A stretch of 64,000 nucleotides of DNA from Dipteris shenzhenensis (taxonomy: Eukaryota). Within the stretch, counting starts at the first letter, position 1, and every line of letters starts with the position of its first letter. The DNA lies in assembly GCA_047967505.1 (NCBI GenBank), contig CM106538.1, one strand, 5' to 3'. The notes beneath the pieces were generated by a model. That model was not told the origin of the DNA and searched no databases. It saw only the letters and a list, made by a program, of their open reading frames with translations. The position numbers and the translations under genes are program-made. Shown here one piece after another: positions 39,958-51,718 of this stretch.

Positions 39958-40999
39958 GTAAATGATCTTGTAGCATGAGGGTGGTAAACTGTCAAAATTG
40001 TGGGGTTGAATTACGTTTGTTTAAGAATACATGTTTCACTATCTGCTGTGCAGTCTCCACGTTGTCGATTGACTCTTCCAGAACATAACATTTTGTCTTT
40101 TCATTGATCTGCAATTTTCTAAAGCTTGCAGATACAAAACCATACCCACATGCTTTAGCTTTGTATGACTTGTCATGTTGGACTTCATGTTTTTCTTCAG
40201 GTTTCAGTGAAGGTTGAAAAGAAGCATTCTGGATCCAAATCTTTGGCTGGGGAGAGCACGAAGTAAGCTCCTTCAACTGTCTTGCATATTATGAGAATTA
40301 AGAGGCCACAGCAAGCTTAGCCTTTATAAGGTTTCTGATGTGGCTATGATGTACAAGTGCAAAGGGTTAGATGAGTTTCCACACATCTCGATTAATTGTG
40401 TTCAGCAAGGGTGTCAAATTTGCCTTGCGTTTTGCAGGCTCGTAAAAATTGGCCAGACTGTAGATTCCAATTGTAAGATAGTGAGTGTAAGAAGAACACA
40501 TCTCTGCATTTCAATCCACAAATTTTGTTTGGTTTGCATGTTAAGGCTAGAAAATGTGATCAGGGTTTGAGGTGTTCCTTTTTGGGAAAAAGGGGGGGGG
40601 GGGGTTTCCAAGTTTGGTATTCTGGTTGTTTTTTAACTTGCTTTTACAGATGTTTACAAATGTTTGGGGGGCCAAAAATATGGATTGTGCAGCCTTTGGG
40701 GTGAAACATGAGCTTGTGCATCGGATAGTCTTTTATTGTATTTAGAACTTTCCCAGCTATGCTGAGTTTCCTTGTCCTTGACATTTAAATAGTTAGCTAC
40801 ACAGTTACTAGGTATGATATAAAATGACCTGCCTTGTCTAAACAAGTGATTGCAACTATCAGCTATTTTTCGACATCAATGTCCCAAGCATTAACCTTCC
40901 TGGACCTGGCAATAGCATCCATCTCAGTGCAAACATCTGTATAAACCTTAGAGTTGTTGCTAGCAGCCCAAACAGGGTCACACAACTCCCCAGACTTCC

Positions 41000-41900
41000 A
41001 CAAGTGTCAACTGACTCACTGAAATACCCAAACAACGGGTGAGAGCATAAATAGTCTGTTGAGAGTCACCTCACAAAGGTAAAAGACATTGTGGGAGTGG
41101 CTTGCAGCCAGTGAAGAACAGATCAAGGATGCAGAATAAATCCTCTCACTTTCAACAGCTAGACATGCAATTTCAGCATATTTATCACCAGCCGTCATGT
41201 GATGTACTTATAGATTACACCCTCCTTTCTGGCTGACCTTACCGTAGTCAACTTAGTGGGTTTTTGCCTAAGTTGGAATCTAGTGAGTTACTCTGCTCTC
41301 CATACTTTTTGAGTACCCTTCAGTTTGTTTGATTGCCTGAGAATGTGAACTCTAGTTCTTGTTGCAAGGGGTGTATACTGCATATGCACCATCTAAATGG
41401 ATTTTAACCAAGTTCCACTCAATGCTTGGTGTTGCTGTCTTTATCTGTTCAAAGCTCTGAGTAAAAGTGATGCCAATCCACAGGTATTCCCCCTACCCTG
41501 ATTTTCATTCACCTTTTATAGCTGAATTGACCTGTTTCTCTGCTTGGTCTTGACTTCATGTGAGATCAGAGAGTCGAGCATGGCCATAACAGTCCGAGGG
41601 GGGTTACTCATGTAGAGTCAAGCTGCTTGTTGACTTGGTTCTCTAGAGTAGATAGACACTTTTGTAGCTCTTCCATGAATTCTTTGAGCTGCGGGTTTTC
41701 CTGTTCAATATCCCCAATCTGCTGTTGCAGAGTTAGAACCTTTGAGCAACCACCTGAGCAAATGACTTCACGTTCTTGCCAACCATAGTGCCCAGAGCAA
41801 TATGTGAACTGTAACAGAGGTCTAGAGAGCTGCTGCCCTTTCTGGAGTCTACTGAGAGTCATGCAGGTTCTACTGAGTGGGTTCTGCTAAAAGTCACACA
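41000..41900 (-). mobile_element. Possible decayed LINE 5' region (coiled-coil ORF1-like, endonuclease-like remnants)
   Basis: Coiled-coil peptide LQQQIGDIEQENPQLKEFMEELQKCLSTLENQV followed by a degenerate KGGV-like motif. Weak. Confidence 0.3.
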
Positions 41901-41969
41901 CGGTTTCTGCTTAGAGTCTGAGCTGGGTGGAGCATTGCAAGCCATAAAATGGCCCCCTAGGCGAACATA

Positions 41970-42272
41970 GTAAAGGCCCTTGCCACCTGGTACTAGAGCA
42001 GATTTGAGATTCTCTACTACAAAGTGTGAACATTCCACCGCTGGGACTAGCAGCATCATATAATTCAAGTGGCTACAATAATAAATGCCCCCACCTCACA
42101 TATGATACAATAGGTGGCGAAGATAATAAAGGCCCTTGCCACTTGGTACTAGAGCAGGTTTGAGATTCTCAACTACAAAGCGTGAACATTCCACCGCGGG
42201 GTCTAGCAGCATCATATAATTCAAGTGGCGACAATAATAAATGCCCCCACCTCACATATGATACAATAGGTA
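41970..42272. repeat. Tandem duplication of about 156 bp
   Basis: taaaggcccttgccac...catatgatacaataggt occurs twice. Confidence 0.92.
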
Positions 42273-42299
42273 TATGCATCTCAGGCTTGTAATACTGCT

Positions 42300-45200
42300 C
42301 TCAATGGGGTCTTGAAACAGCCCTTGTGACTCCCATTGATTAATGTCAAGCTAAGTCTAGGACTACCATGAAGGTAAGATACCATTTCTCATTACAAAAG
42401 GCCGCTCTTTGTTCACTGGCTGATTGAGAGATGCACAAATCTGTTGAAGAAAAATTAGACTTGATTGATCCTAAGCCTATGGAAGATAGTGGTATACTGT
42501 GGAATGTTAGACGCCACAGTGAAAACTACACCAAGCACAAAAGAGAACATATGTGTAGCTAGTGAGAAGAAAAATGCAGCAGGATATGATGTCCCATCCA
42601 GGAATGTGTGGTATATTGATTCTACCCACATGATTGGGAAAAATGACTAGCTTGCAAAGCTGCATCAGAGTCCATGTGGAGCCAATATTAGGGAAATGGG
42701 ATATTGCAGACCTTGGGGTAATAAATGTGTGTAAGTTCTCATGCACAGCCAATTGCAGATGTGCTTTATGTGCCTGAGTCTTACAAGGTTCGGTTTGAAG
42801 ATGTTGTATGTCTTATGAAAGACAAAGAAAGGATATGAAAGAGATTGCAAAAGATGGCTGAGTTCAGGACTTTGCAGGCCAGAAGGGAGTGTCGCAAATA
42901 TCATGCATACATATCTGTGGATTCGTGAGTTTTAGCAGAAGCAGTTTGGACATCTCAATTATAAAGCTTTTAAGCTTCAAGGAAGCTGTAAATGGTCAAG
43001 TGAATTTGTTGGAAAGGTCACCTCCCCATCTGTAAGCCCCATATGAGGAGAGCATGGGGGGGGTGAACCTAGTGTCTGAGAGAAGGCCACATGGGCAGCA
43101 CTATCGCTGCCATTGGGGCAGAGATAAGAGAAAGAGAAAAGAAAGAGAGGGGGCTGTCAAATGGGCAGCACGTCACATCAAAAGAAGAGAGGAGGGTACC
43201 TGGTTGATCTGCAGGAGGGGGGGGCACGATTGGGGCCTGCACAAGGGCCTGTGGATGCTGGAACAGCTGCAGCAAAGGGCAGCCTAGCAGCAGCCTAAAA
43301 GGGACTGGCTAGGGCCCTTTTTAGGGCTGGTTGGACCAGCCAACCCAGTCGGTCTTTTACAGACCAGGTTGGCCAGATTTGGCCAGGCTGATCGGTTCTA
43401 TTACAGCCCCTTGGGGGCCTATAAAAGGAGGGCCTCCAGGCCCTCATTCACCATCACTTGGAGCAGCAGGTCAAGGAGCAGGAGCAGCAGCAGATCAGCC
43501 CCCTTTGGGCCTCTATCTAGAAGGAGACAAGTGGGCTGTAGAGCTGCAGGCCTAGCTCAGAGTGCTGCCCACCTAGGCTTGTGCAAAGACAGCAAGGTAA
43601 AGACAGCAAGGTGGAAGGGATCCAGACGAAAAGTCTACTTACGCTTGAGGTGGAGCACGTGGGCTCGAGTCTAGAGATAGCCGACAAATAGGAGAAGTAC
43701 CTTGTGGTAAGATCAGAGGACCACACCATTGGTGGGACTCTGGATCTCTCTCTTTTGTATTGCGTCCATAGCTTTGGACGGAAATATATTATTTCGGTGG
43801 TTTCTATATCTGGCTGGTTCATTGTCTATTGATGAGTCTGCGCATCTATCTAATGCACATTAAGTAAAGAAGTTTGTGATTCCACACACACACACAGTTT
43901 GAGCTCCTGGGCTATTCTATCAGTCTTCCGTTGTGCATACCCTTTGTTGGTTGATTCCTAATAGAATTGGCTAACATCCATGAAAATCAACATTATTGCA
44001 GAGCATGGATCTTGGGCATATGCCCTTTTGGACAGAGTACTCATTAGAGCAAGAAGACTACTTGAGCTTGTATACAGTGACCATGTATGGCCTCTTGTGC
44101 AAACTTTAATCAGTCTTAAGGTGTATTTGGTAAAATAATATCAGGAAATTTTGCATTTCGAAAGTCTTTGAAATTCCTCCTTTTTGATGCTCTGTATCTC
44201 TTTGAGCTCCTTTCAAGCATAAGTTTCACCTTTGAGTTTTCTAGTGTCTCCAAGTACCATCTCAGCACTGTAAGTTATTTTCAGACACATTTTCATCGTC
44301 AAGACTAATCTGTCCAAGCTTGCCTGGTATGATGTCCTTTAAATCACTCACTCGGATGTTGATATCATTTTCACATCATCATTAAAGTGGCTGTGCTCTG
44401 GGAGTCACAAAGCTGTTGTGCAAATGGTCCTGATAATATTAAGGACTACCCCATTGCATACTCCACCAAAAGAGCTGTTATTTTCAGAAGACACCACATG
44501 TCTTGTTCAAAATATTCAACCCAAACAACTCCTACACAATGAACGTACACTCCTACACAACCAAATGAACGTACACTCCAATGAACGTACACTCCTACAC
44601 AACCAAAACGCTCATAAACAATTCACTGGCATTATAGCCACTCCATGGTTCCTCTGGCCTCCTATATTTCAGAGCCTTTGCAGGACTTCGTTTAGGGCAT
44701 ATGCAGATGTATTTACAGCCTCAGTGTGAAAATCTTGGGTATGTTCGTTTCTTTTAACATGCATCTTTCAGTATCATGCAAGGTTCTCCTTTTCTCTCCA
44801 CAGTACATATTGTGGAGAATAAGGAGGAGTAAAACTACTGTCGAGTTGTATGAACAAAGTCCTATTGTGTGGGATCTTGAGTGAGGGAGAGCCTAACACT
44901 TTCAAGGATGCTGAAAATCAGGAAAAATATACTGGCCAAGTATGATGGAACTTGCAGATGTACTACCATGCTGGTTATATGTTGTTTTACACGATCAAAC
45001 TCAAGACAGACTGTAGCTTAGACAAGTTTAAAGCGATACTTTGGTACCCAAGGACATGGAATTGATTATTTTGATACCTTGCAGCTGTGGCAAAGCACAA
45101 CATACAATGCAGCATGAATGGAAGCTTCAGTAGACGGGTGTAAGGGGGTTTATAGGAATAGCCAGATCTTTTGTGAAGAAAGGTCAAGAAAAGAAAGTAT

Positions 45201-45543
45201 GCAGGCTGATGAAGCCATTATATCAGCTCATGCAGGCTTGAAGGTTTTGATATCATAAGAGTTTGATAATTTGTGAGCATAAATCTTAATAAAATTTAAT
45301 CACATATAAAATTGTATGTACTCAGAAATCAAGGCAGCTTTGTTATAGTGGTGCTTAATGTTGAAATGACTGATTTTCCCTGGGTTTAGAGGTATGGAAA
45401 AAAGAAGATAGAATATGTATCTCATAGGCTAAGTATGCTGCAGAGCTGCTGAAGACATCAGAGGAGGAGGATTGCAACCTACCAGTGGAAACATGCTACT
45501 AGGGTGTAGTAGAAGATGATGATAGAGATGTAGATGTCACTTC
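42300..45543 (+). mobile_element. Highly decayed Copia internal region (protease, integrase, RT), hosting younger insertions
   Basis: Remnants WYIDSTHMIG, DVLYVP, LLELVYSDH, EPNTFKDA, KKVCRLMKPLYQL, AKYAAELLK in Copia order. Confidence 0.7.
43007..43963 (+). mobile_element. Solo LTR of the 16491-20144 family, with perfect 5-bp TSD
   Basis: TGTTGGAAAGGTCACCTCCCCATC...GATTCCTAATA, flanked by GAATT at 43002-43006 and 43964-43968. Confidence 0.93.
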
Positions 45544-48500
45544 TGTTGGAATAGTAGAGATCACCTCCCCATCTGTGAGCCCCCAAATGAGGAGTGCATA
45601 GGGTGGGGGTACCATAGGACAAAAGAGAGAGATTTGGGGCTGCCACAGGGACAGCAACAGGCTGCCATGGAGGCAGCACAAAGACTAAAGTACCTGGCAA
45701 TGGGAGGCCATGATGGTGGGCAGGATTGGTATGGATTTTCCACGTGTCTGCCTGCGACTGGAGCCAGCATGATTGTGCAGGGTATTTAGCAGAGAACAAG
45801 GTGTCCACATCAGCAATGGCCTCATCAATTGTACGGGACAGTACATAGGTAATTGCAGGTAATCCACAGGCTGGAATAGGCCTGACATAGGACGCAACCA
45901 GCAGGGCATAATTGTGTACTGATTGCAACAGGTTTGGGGGGCCAAAAGGATCCCAGAGGAGGTTGGGTTTGGGCTGCATAGCCCTGGGGCAGTGACAGCA
46001 TGCCACGTGGCCAGGCTGGGCCAGCCAGCCCTCCAATAGTGTGCCCTCACCAGGGGGAAACGTGCAGACTACTGGGTTGGCTGCTAGGTCTTATTGGGTT
46101 GTTCAAGTTGACCTGCCAGATCAGTCAGTAGGAGGGGCATTTGGCCCTGGTTCAGCACTTCAGGGAGCAGAAAGGAGCAGCAGAAGACCCGGCCTTGGGC
46201 CTAGATCAATGAAGGAGGGACAGAGGAGCTGTAGACTTAGCTCAGAGGGATTAACCTCCTAGCCCCGATCTTAGCAAAGCTTTTTAATGAAGCGGTTTGT
46301 TTGGGATTTCCACACACTTGGACCATTAACACTATCTCACCCATCCACAAGGCAAGGGATCCCATGAGCCCGGAGAACTACAGGACCATCATGTCATGTC
46401 CAAGATTTATGCATCAGTACTTGACTCCGAGGTTAGCAGACTTGCAGAGTGTCGAGGACTCAGAGCAGCAGGACAGGCCGGATTCCGGCATGATCATGGA
46501 ACCATGGACCACATTCTGACGCTTAGATGTATCATCGAGGAGGCGAGATCACGGAAGCAGAGGGTTTATTGTTGCTTTGTGGATTTTCGCAAGGCATTTG
46601 ACACGGTCCCGAGAACCCACCTCATACGGCACCTACAGGACTTGGGTTATGAACAGGAGATCATTTGGGCTGTCATGGCACTTTACGAGAGAGTTTCTGG
46701 CAGAGTTCGGGTAGGATCTGGGTGGACAGACGAGATCATGAGTACCATCGGGGTCGAACAAGGGTGTCCTTTGTCGCCTACCTTGTTTGGCCTCTACATT
46801 GACGAGCTTGAGACAATGATGCAGACACAGGGGGGTGTAGGGTGCTCTCTTACAGGCACGCTGATCCAGATTTTGCTCTATGCAAATGACATGGCTCTCT
46901 TATCTTCCTCAGCAGAGGGGCTTCAGAGACACCTAGATGCACTACAGTCCTTTTGTGAGTCTCATGATTTGAAGGTCAACCTGGATAAAACCAAGGTCAT
47001 GATCTTCAATACATACATCTCGAGCCATCATGCGTCAGGAGCAGTTCACATTTGCGGGGTCATTTGTTGAGATAGTTTCATCATATACTTATCTTGGGGC
47101 TATCTTCTTCGGACCGAGCTTCACTATGAGACCCGCGATGCAGGCACGCTTGAGTAGAGGGTATGCCTCATTGGCCAAGCTAGAGAGGCAGTGCTTCCGC
47201 TCACACTTTCAGGATCCATGCACCAAGGGGTTGCTTTTTGATCCCTTGGCTCGCCCAGCGGGAATGTACGGCAGTCCTTGTTGGGGGCCAGACTTGTCGG
47301 ATACAGAGTGGGCCTGTGTGGAGCGGCGACAGGTTCTCATGCTATCACGGATGATTCGTGGTAAGTCATCCGTTCCTCACCAGATCATTCAGGCTGAGTT
47401 TGGGTCACCTCCTTTACAGCTAGATGCTGCATTTCAGGTCATCACATATCTGTACCGAGTTAGGGAATATGGGGATTATACCTCGGGACGTAGCAGGGTA
47501 CCATGGATAGCTTTATCCTCTTCTTGGTACTTGCAGCAGGAGGAGATCAGAGGTGTTGGTATGCACGTACAGAGAGATGGTTTGAGCGACTGGGGCTCCA
47601 CATGGATAGACTACCTCCCTTCCAGTATAGCATGGATGCTCCGTTCTCTCCCCTCTTATCACACGAGGTCAACCAGGTTATCCGTGAGGATCTACTACAG
47701 CTATACACTTTTCGGACCTGGTTGGAACTGAGTGAATCCCAGTGAAGCTTAGCTTCTACAGAGATCACTTCTTACATATCACAGCGGAGGGTTTCCTTGA
47801 TCCACCAGGATACACACAGATTCACCTACCCCACTCGATGAGGATCTCTCTTGGGCAGTTCCGGGTCTCTTCACACAGACTTCGCATCGAGAGCGGTAGA
47901 GCAGAGCGACTACCCAGGGAGCGGCGCATATGCACACTATGTGACATACAGGAGGTTGAGACAGAGGAGCATTTCATCTTCAGGTGTCCTGTGTACTATG
48001 AGATCCGAGGACGTTTCCACTGCCTCTTCAGAGATAGTTATGGGATTTTAGCCCATTTTCTCTCCTACCCAGACCAGCGGTGTTTGGCAAGTTTCATTCA
48101 TGAGGTACTTAGACACCGCGAGAGGATACTCCGAGCACGGAGACAGGAGCAGACTTCTTCCTCGGTTGATCCCTCTCAGAGCTCTATCACGGAGTTCTTT
48201 CAGCTAGATCACATGGATCCCAACGAGACGAGGCCTCGACATGACCGTGACTTGGAACCAGTGACCCGATAGCTCAGACAGAGGGTCGACACACAGATCA
48301 CACTTGGAGACATCCCCTCCTTGTTTAGAGTTGGAGCCCGACTGACGGGGGTCACAGTAGCCCTGGTTAGATGTAGAGCTACGACCAAGAGACGTGCTAG
48401 GACCACACCTCTGAGTGGCCGACAACACTCTATTGCCGACTTCATGCCTCCACTGCCTCATCCATCCTGATATCTTGCTGTTGTTGGGGATGATGATGAT

Positions 48501-49010
48501 ATTGATGATGATGCTGAGATTGATATATAGTCGACCACCGACATCACTATGTTGTACTTAGGACTCAGTACTGCCATTCTGCATTTTTGGCATTTTGCAT
48601 TTTGCATTGGTATGGACGCTCGTTTAGTAGCTCCACTACCACAGCTCGTTGTATCAGGATTTTCACAGTCTCATAGACCCATTAGTCTTCCGAAGACTTT
48701 AATAAACTTTCTTTCTTTCTTTCTTTCAGCAAGGGGCTGACCCTAGGCTGTCAGGCAGTAGGGTGTAGGGATCATGGACGAAGAGTCTACATAAGGTCAG
48801 AGAGGAGCACGCGGGCTCAGGGATCAAGGAGTGCCAAGCAGATAGTAGGAGAGCTTTTGGTAAGATCAGAGGAGCATGGTTTGGTGGGACTCTGCATCTC
48901 TCTTGTCTTGTGTCCGGTTATGGAAGGAAATATACCTCTTGTGGATTCTATGACTTTCCAGGAGCACTTTCTATTTTACAGGCTCGCACACACTCATAGT
49001 TGAGTTCGAG
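45544..49010 (+). mobile_element. Related LTR split by a LINE insertion (45544 to about 46246, and about 48728-49010)
   Basis: Starts TGTTGG..TCACCTCCCCATCTGTGAGCCCC. Similarity to the family LTR breaks at gacttagctcag and resumes after the LINE tail (..ggtaagatcagagga..tggtgggactct). Confidence 0.75.
46247..48727 (+). mobile_element. 5'-truncated RTE-X/L2-like LINE (RT, CCHC zinc finger, 3' UTR, (TTTC)n tail), frameshifted
   Basis: PENYRTI, QAGFR, CFVDFRKAFD, GVEQGCPLSPTLFGLYID, LLYAND (YADD mutated), YTYLG, C-x2-C..H..C finger. Ends AATAAAC(TTTC)n. Confidence 0.95.
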
Positions 49011-50026
49011 GTAGCATGCACATACATACATTCTCAAGCATGACATATATCCAGGAACATGCCCAAACTGATCCTCTAAAAACAAAGTAAATAGTGCAGT
49101 TTTAAACTCACGACAGCCACCCACAAGCTTACAAACAAGATGTTTCTGGAGTGAAGGACAGGCTCACATCCTAGCTACAACTACGAGTGAAACAAGTATT
49201 TCATTTTAGTCTCTCCCATATTTGGATTTCTAATGCAAAAAAACTTAGAAAAAGATAGCTGATAGGACAATACACCACCACAAATGCAAGTATTAGCTTG
49301 GATGAAAAGTTTACAATGTGAAATTGCATGTCTGCTAATATCACAAGGTTGAAAACCATGAACTCCATGTGTGATAGGAACTAGCTACTATGACATCCCC
49401 ATTGATGTCACCAGTGTCCAAAGTGTGACATACATTTGCTACCTCGAATGCAAGTATAAAGCATTGCCTCTAAGCAATTGCCATTGATGTGTTTCCAGGT
49501 CATAGTATTGTAGAGGCTGGGTGCCTAAGTGACTGTAATTCTGATCTTGTTCCAGTACAAAGAGCTCCTAGAATTCAGTGTGCAGGGGAAAATGCCTTTC
49601 ACAGATTTCAATTTTACTTATCAAGCTTCTTTGTTCACTTTAAAACTCCCATTGTTAGCCTAGAATTTCCATTTTAATCGTCTCACATGGTTCTGCTTGT
49701 TGTGACGTGTTGAGGTGACACTCTATGTTTCACTCATAGAGTTAACTGTCTGAAAGATTTGTACAAGAGTATTAGAAAACCTGTCTGTGCTCCAAGGAAA
49801 CTTTAAAATGTGAGAACAACGTCCTTGAGAAAATTTGAAAAAAGTTAAATTTGCAGTGCTTTTCAAAATTAACTGCAAGATAGGTTATCAATGCCTGGAT
49901 AATAATGTGGCTTTACCTATTTAATTGTGGATTCAAGTTATTAAATCGTTTTTTTGGGGGGGGGGGAGGGGTGTTTCCACTTGATTTTATAAGTTGCCTT
50001 TTGACTTCTTTTTTTGCAGGCAACAG

Positions 50027-50100
50027 CAGGAACCTGAACAGGTGTCAAAAACTCAAAAGGAGTTGAAGCAAGATGATTCCTCAGCCCAGCCAGAAGCTTC
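50027..50100 (+). CDS. WVD2-like protein, exon 4 (acceptor ambiguous: 50020, 50027 or 50030)
   Basis: QEPEQVSKTQKELKQDDSSAQPEAS, ending TC|GTATCCTA. The frame fits exon 5. Confidence 0.75.
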
Positions 50101-50430
50101 GTATCCTACCAATAAATTTACAAAGAGCACCTTACACTAAATTTGTAGGCTGCAATTATGAAATATGGACTTGAAGGTAACACAGAAAATTACAAACTTA
50201 CAAGTTGGATGGCTGTTGTATCACTGCAAGAGGAAATAACACAGGAAAAATGAAAACTTATAAGTCAGGTGCTATCTATGGACTGGCTGATACAGATTGG
50301 ACTGGCTGTTGTTTGTATCACTGCAAGGGTGAAATGAAGTTTTCCTAGTACATGCTGTGTCTGTAACATCAACATGAATAGTTGTGCACTGTTCGACTTG
50401 ATCAAGACTATTTCCTTGACAGCAAGCCAG
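50101..50430 (+). other. U12-type (minor spliceosome) GT-AG intron
   Basis: 5' splice site GTATCCTA; branch sequence TTTCCTTGAC at 50411-50420, 10 nt before the only nearby in-frame AG (50429-50430); no polypyrimidine tract. Confidence 0.85.
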
Positions 50431-50536
50431 ACCTGCCCAACCCGAAAATGCTGGAAAAGCTGAACAGAGTCAAGTGAAGCTTAATACAATTACATTCAAC
50501 TTCAAAAGCAATGAAAGAGCAGAGAAGAGGAAAGAG
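50431..50536 (+). CDS. WVD2-like protein, exon 5 (start of TPX2 domain)
   Basis: PAQPENAGKAEQSQVKLNTITFNFKSNERAEKRKE|gtacac. Confidence 0.92.
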
Positions 50537-51106
50537 GTACACGTATTTCCTGATTCATTTGAAGCCTGTTCATCAGACTGACCATGGTTGCTCTTCAGAT
50601 TTCAAGTGCCCAATTTTTATTAGACTCTAAGCAGTAACAAAGCCAGCACATTAACAGATGGGATGACCAATCAGACAAATTTGGACTAAGCTCACGCAAC
50701 TAAATCTATGAGAGTTTCTGACCAATTTTTTTGTGTCTTAGTTGAACCCACATCACCATGCCTTCGTTGCTTGCCTCACAGTATCTTACTATGCTGTGGA
50801 AGATTCCTTCTCGCTTATTCTGGAGTGTCTCAAAAATTTCACCATCTAGCGTACATGCCAATATCGGCAACAAATCTATGCACGGCAATGCGCCTTACCC
50901 CTATTTCGTAAGGTAAGGGAAATAATGGAAGCAGTGTCTGCCCTTCATGTCTGTGTCGATAGGAACCCAGTACGAAGACCCTTGTATATGTATTGTAGCT
51001 TGAATGAAGAGAACGTGGGACTACTTTTTGATTAGCCTTCTCCTTTGGTGCTAGCCCTTGTCACGACTGAGTCTACCCTTCACCTCCGAAGTGTTGACAG
51101 AAACTT

Positions 51107-51718
51107 ACTCAATCTGTGGGATTCTTTCCATGATAATATCCAGCTTTTCCTTGTGACTTCCTTCAAATCAGCCCTCCGGTAGCCCCCTAATGTGTATGAT
51201 TCTTGCACTTGCCACCTTTTTTTCCTGTTCTTGTACTTCTTCATACACATCCGATGTGTTGATTTTAGTGTCCAATGTTGCTGCTGTAATTTCTTGCTTC
51301 ACTGACTGGAGCTGAGTTGTAACCAAGTCCTAGACTGTAGCCACCATCTGTCGTGTGGGTGCTGCTGTATTGTGTATCTGCAATACTTCATAAATATTTT
51401 TTTGCTTTGACCTTTGTATATCCCACTCAATCTGTGGGATTCTTTCCATGATAATATCCTTGTGACTTCCTTCAAATCAGCCCTCCGGTAGCCCCCTAAT
51501 ACGTATGATTCTTGCACTTGCCACCTTTTTTTCCTGTTCTTGTACTTCTTCATACACATCCGATTTGTTGATTTTAGTGTCCAATGTTGCTGCTGTAATT
51601 TCTTGCTTCACTGACTGGAGCTGAGTTGTAACCAAGTCCTAGACTGTAGCCACCATCTGTCGTGTGGGTGCTGCTGTATTGTGTATCTGCAATACTTCAT
51701 AAATATTTTTTTGCTTTC
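51107..51718. repeat. Tandem duplication with 318-bp period, within a probable TE remnant
   Basis: actcaatctgtgggattctttccatg...tttttgcttt starts at 51107 and again at 51425. Confidence 0.93.

Noticed and set aside
50030-50042. GAACCTGAACAGG resembles part of the plant TPP riboswitch
   Set aside because: It lies in a coding exon (EPEQ), and the upstream CTGAGA and downstream GCGxAGGGA elements are absent.
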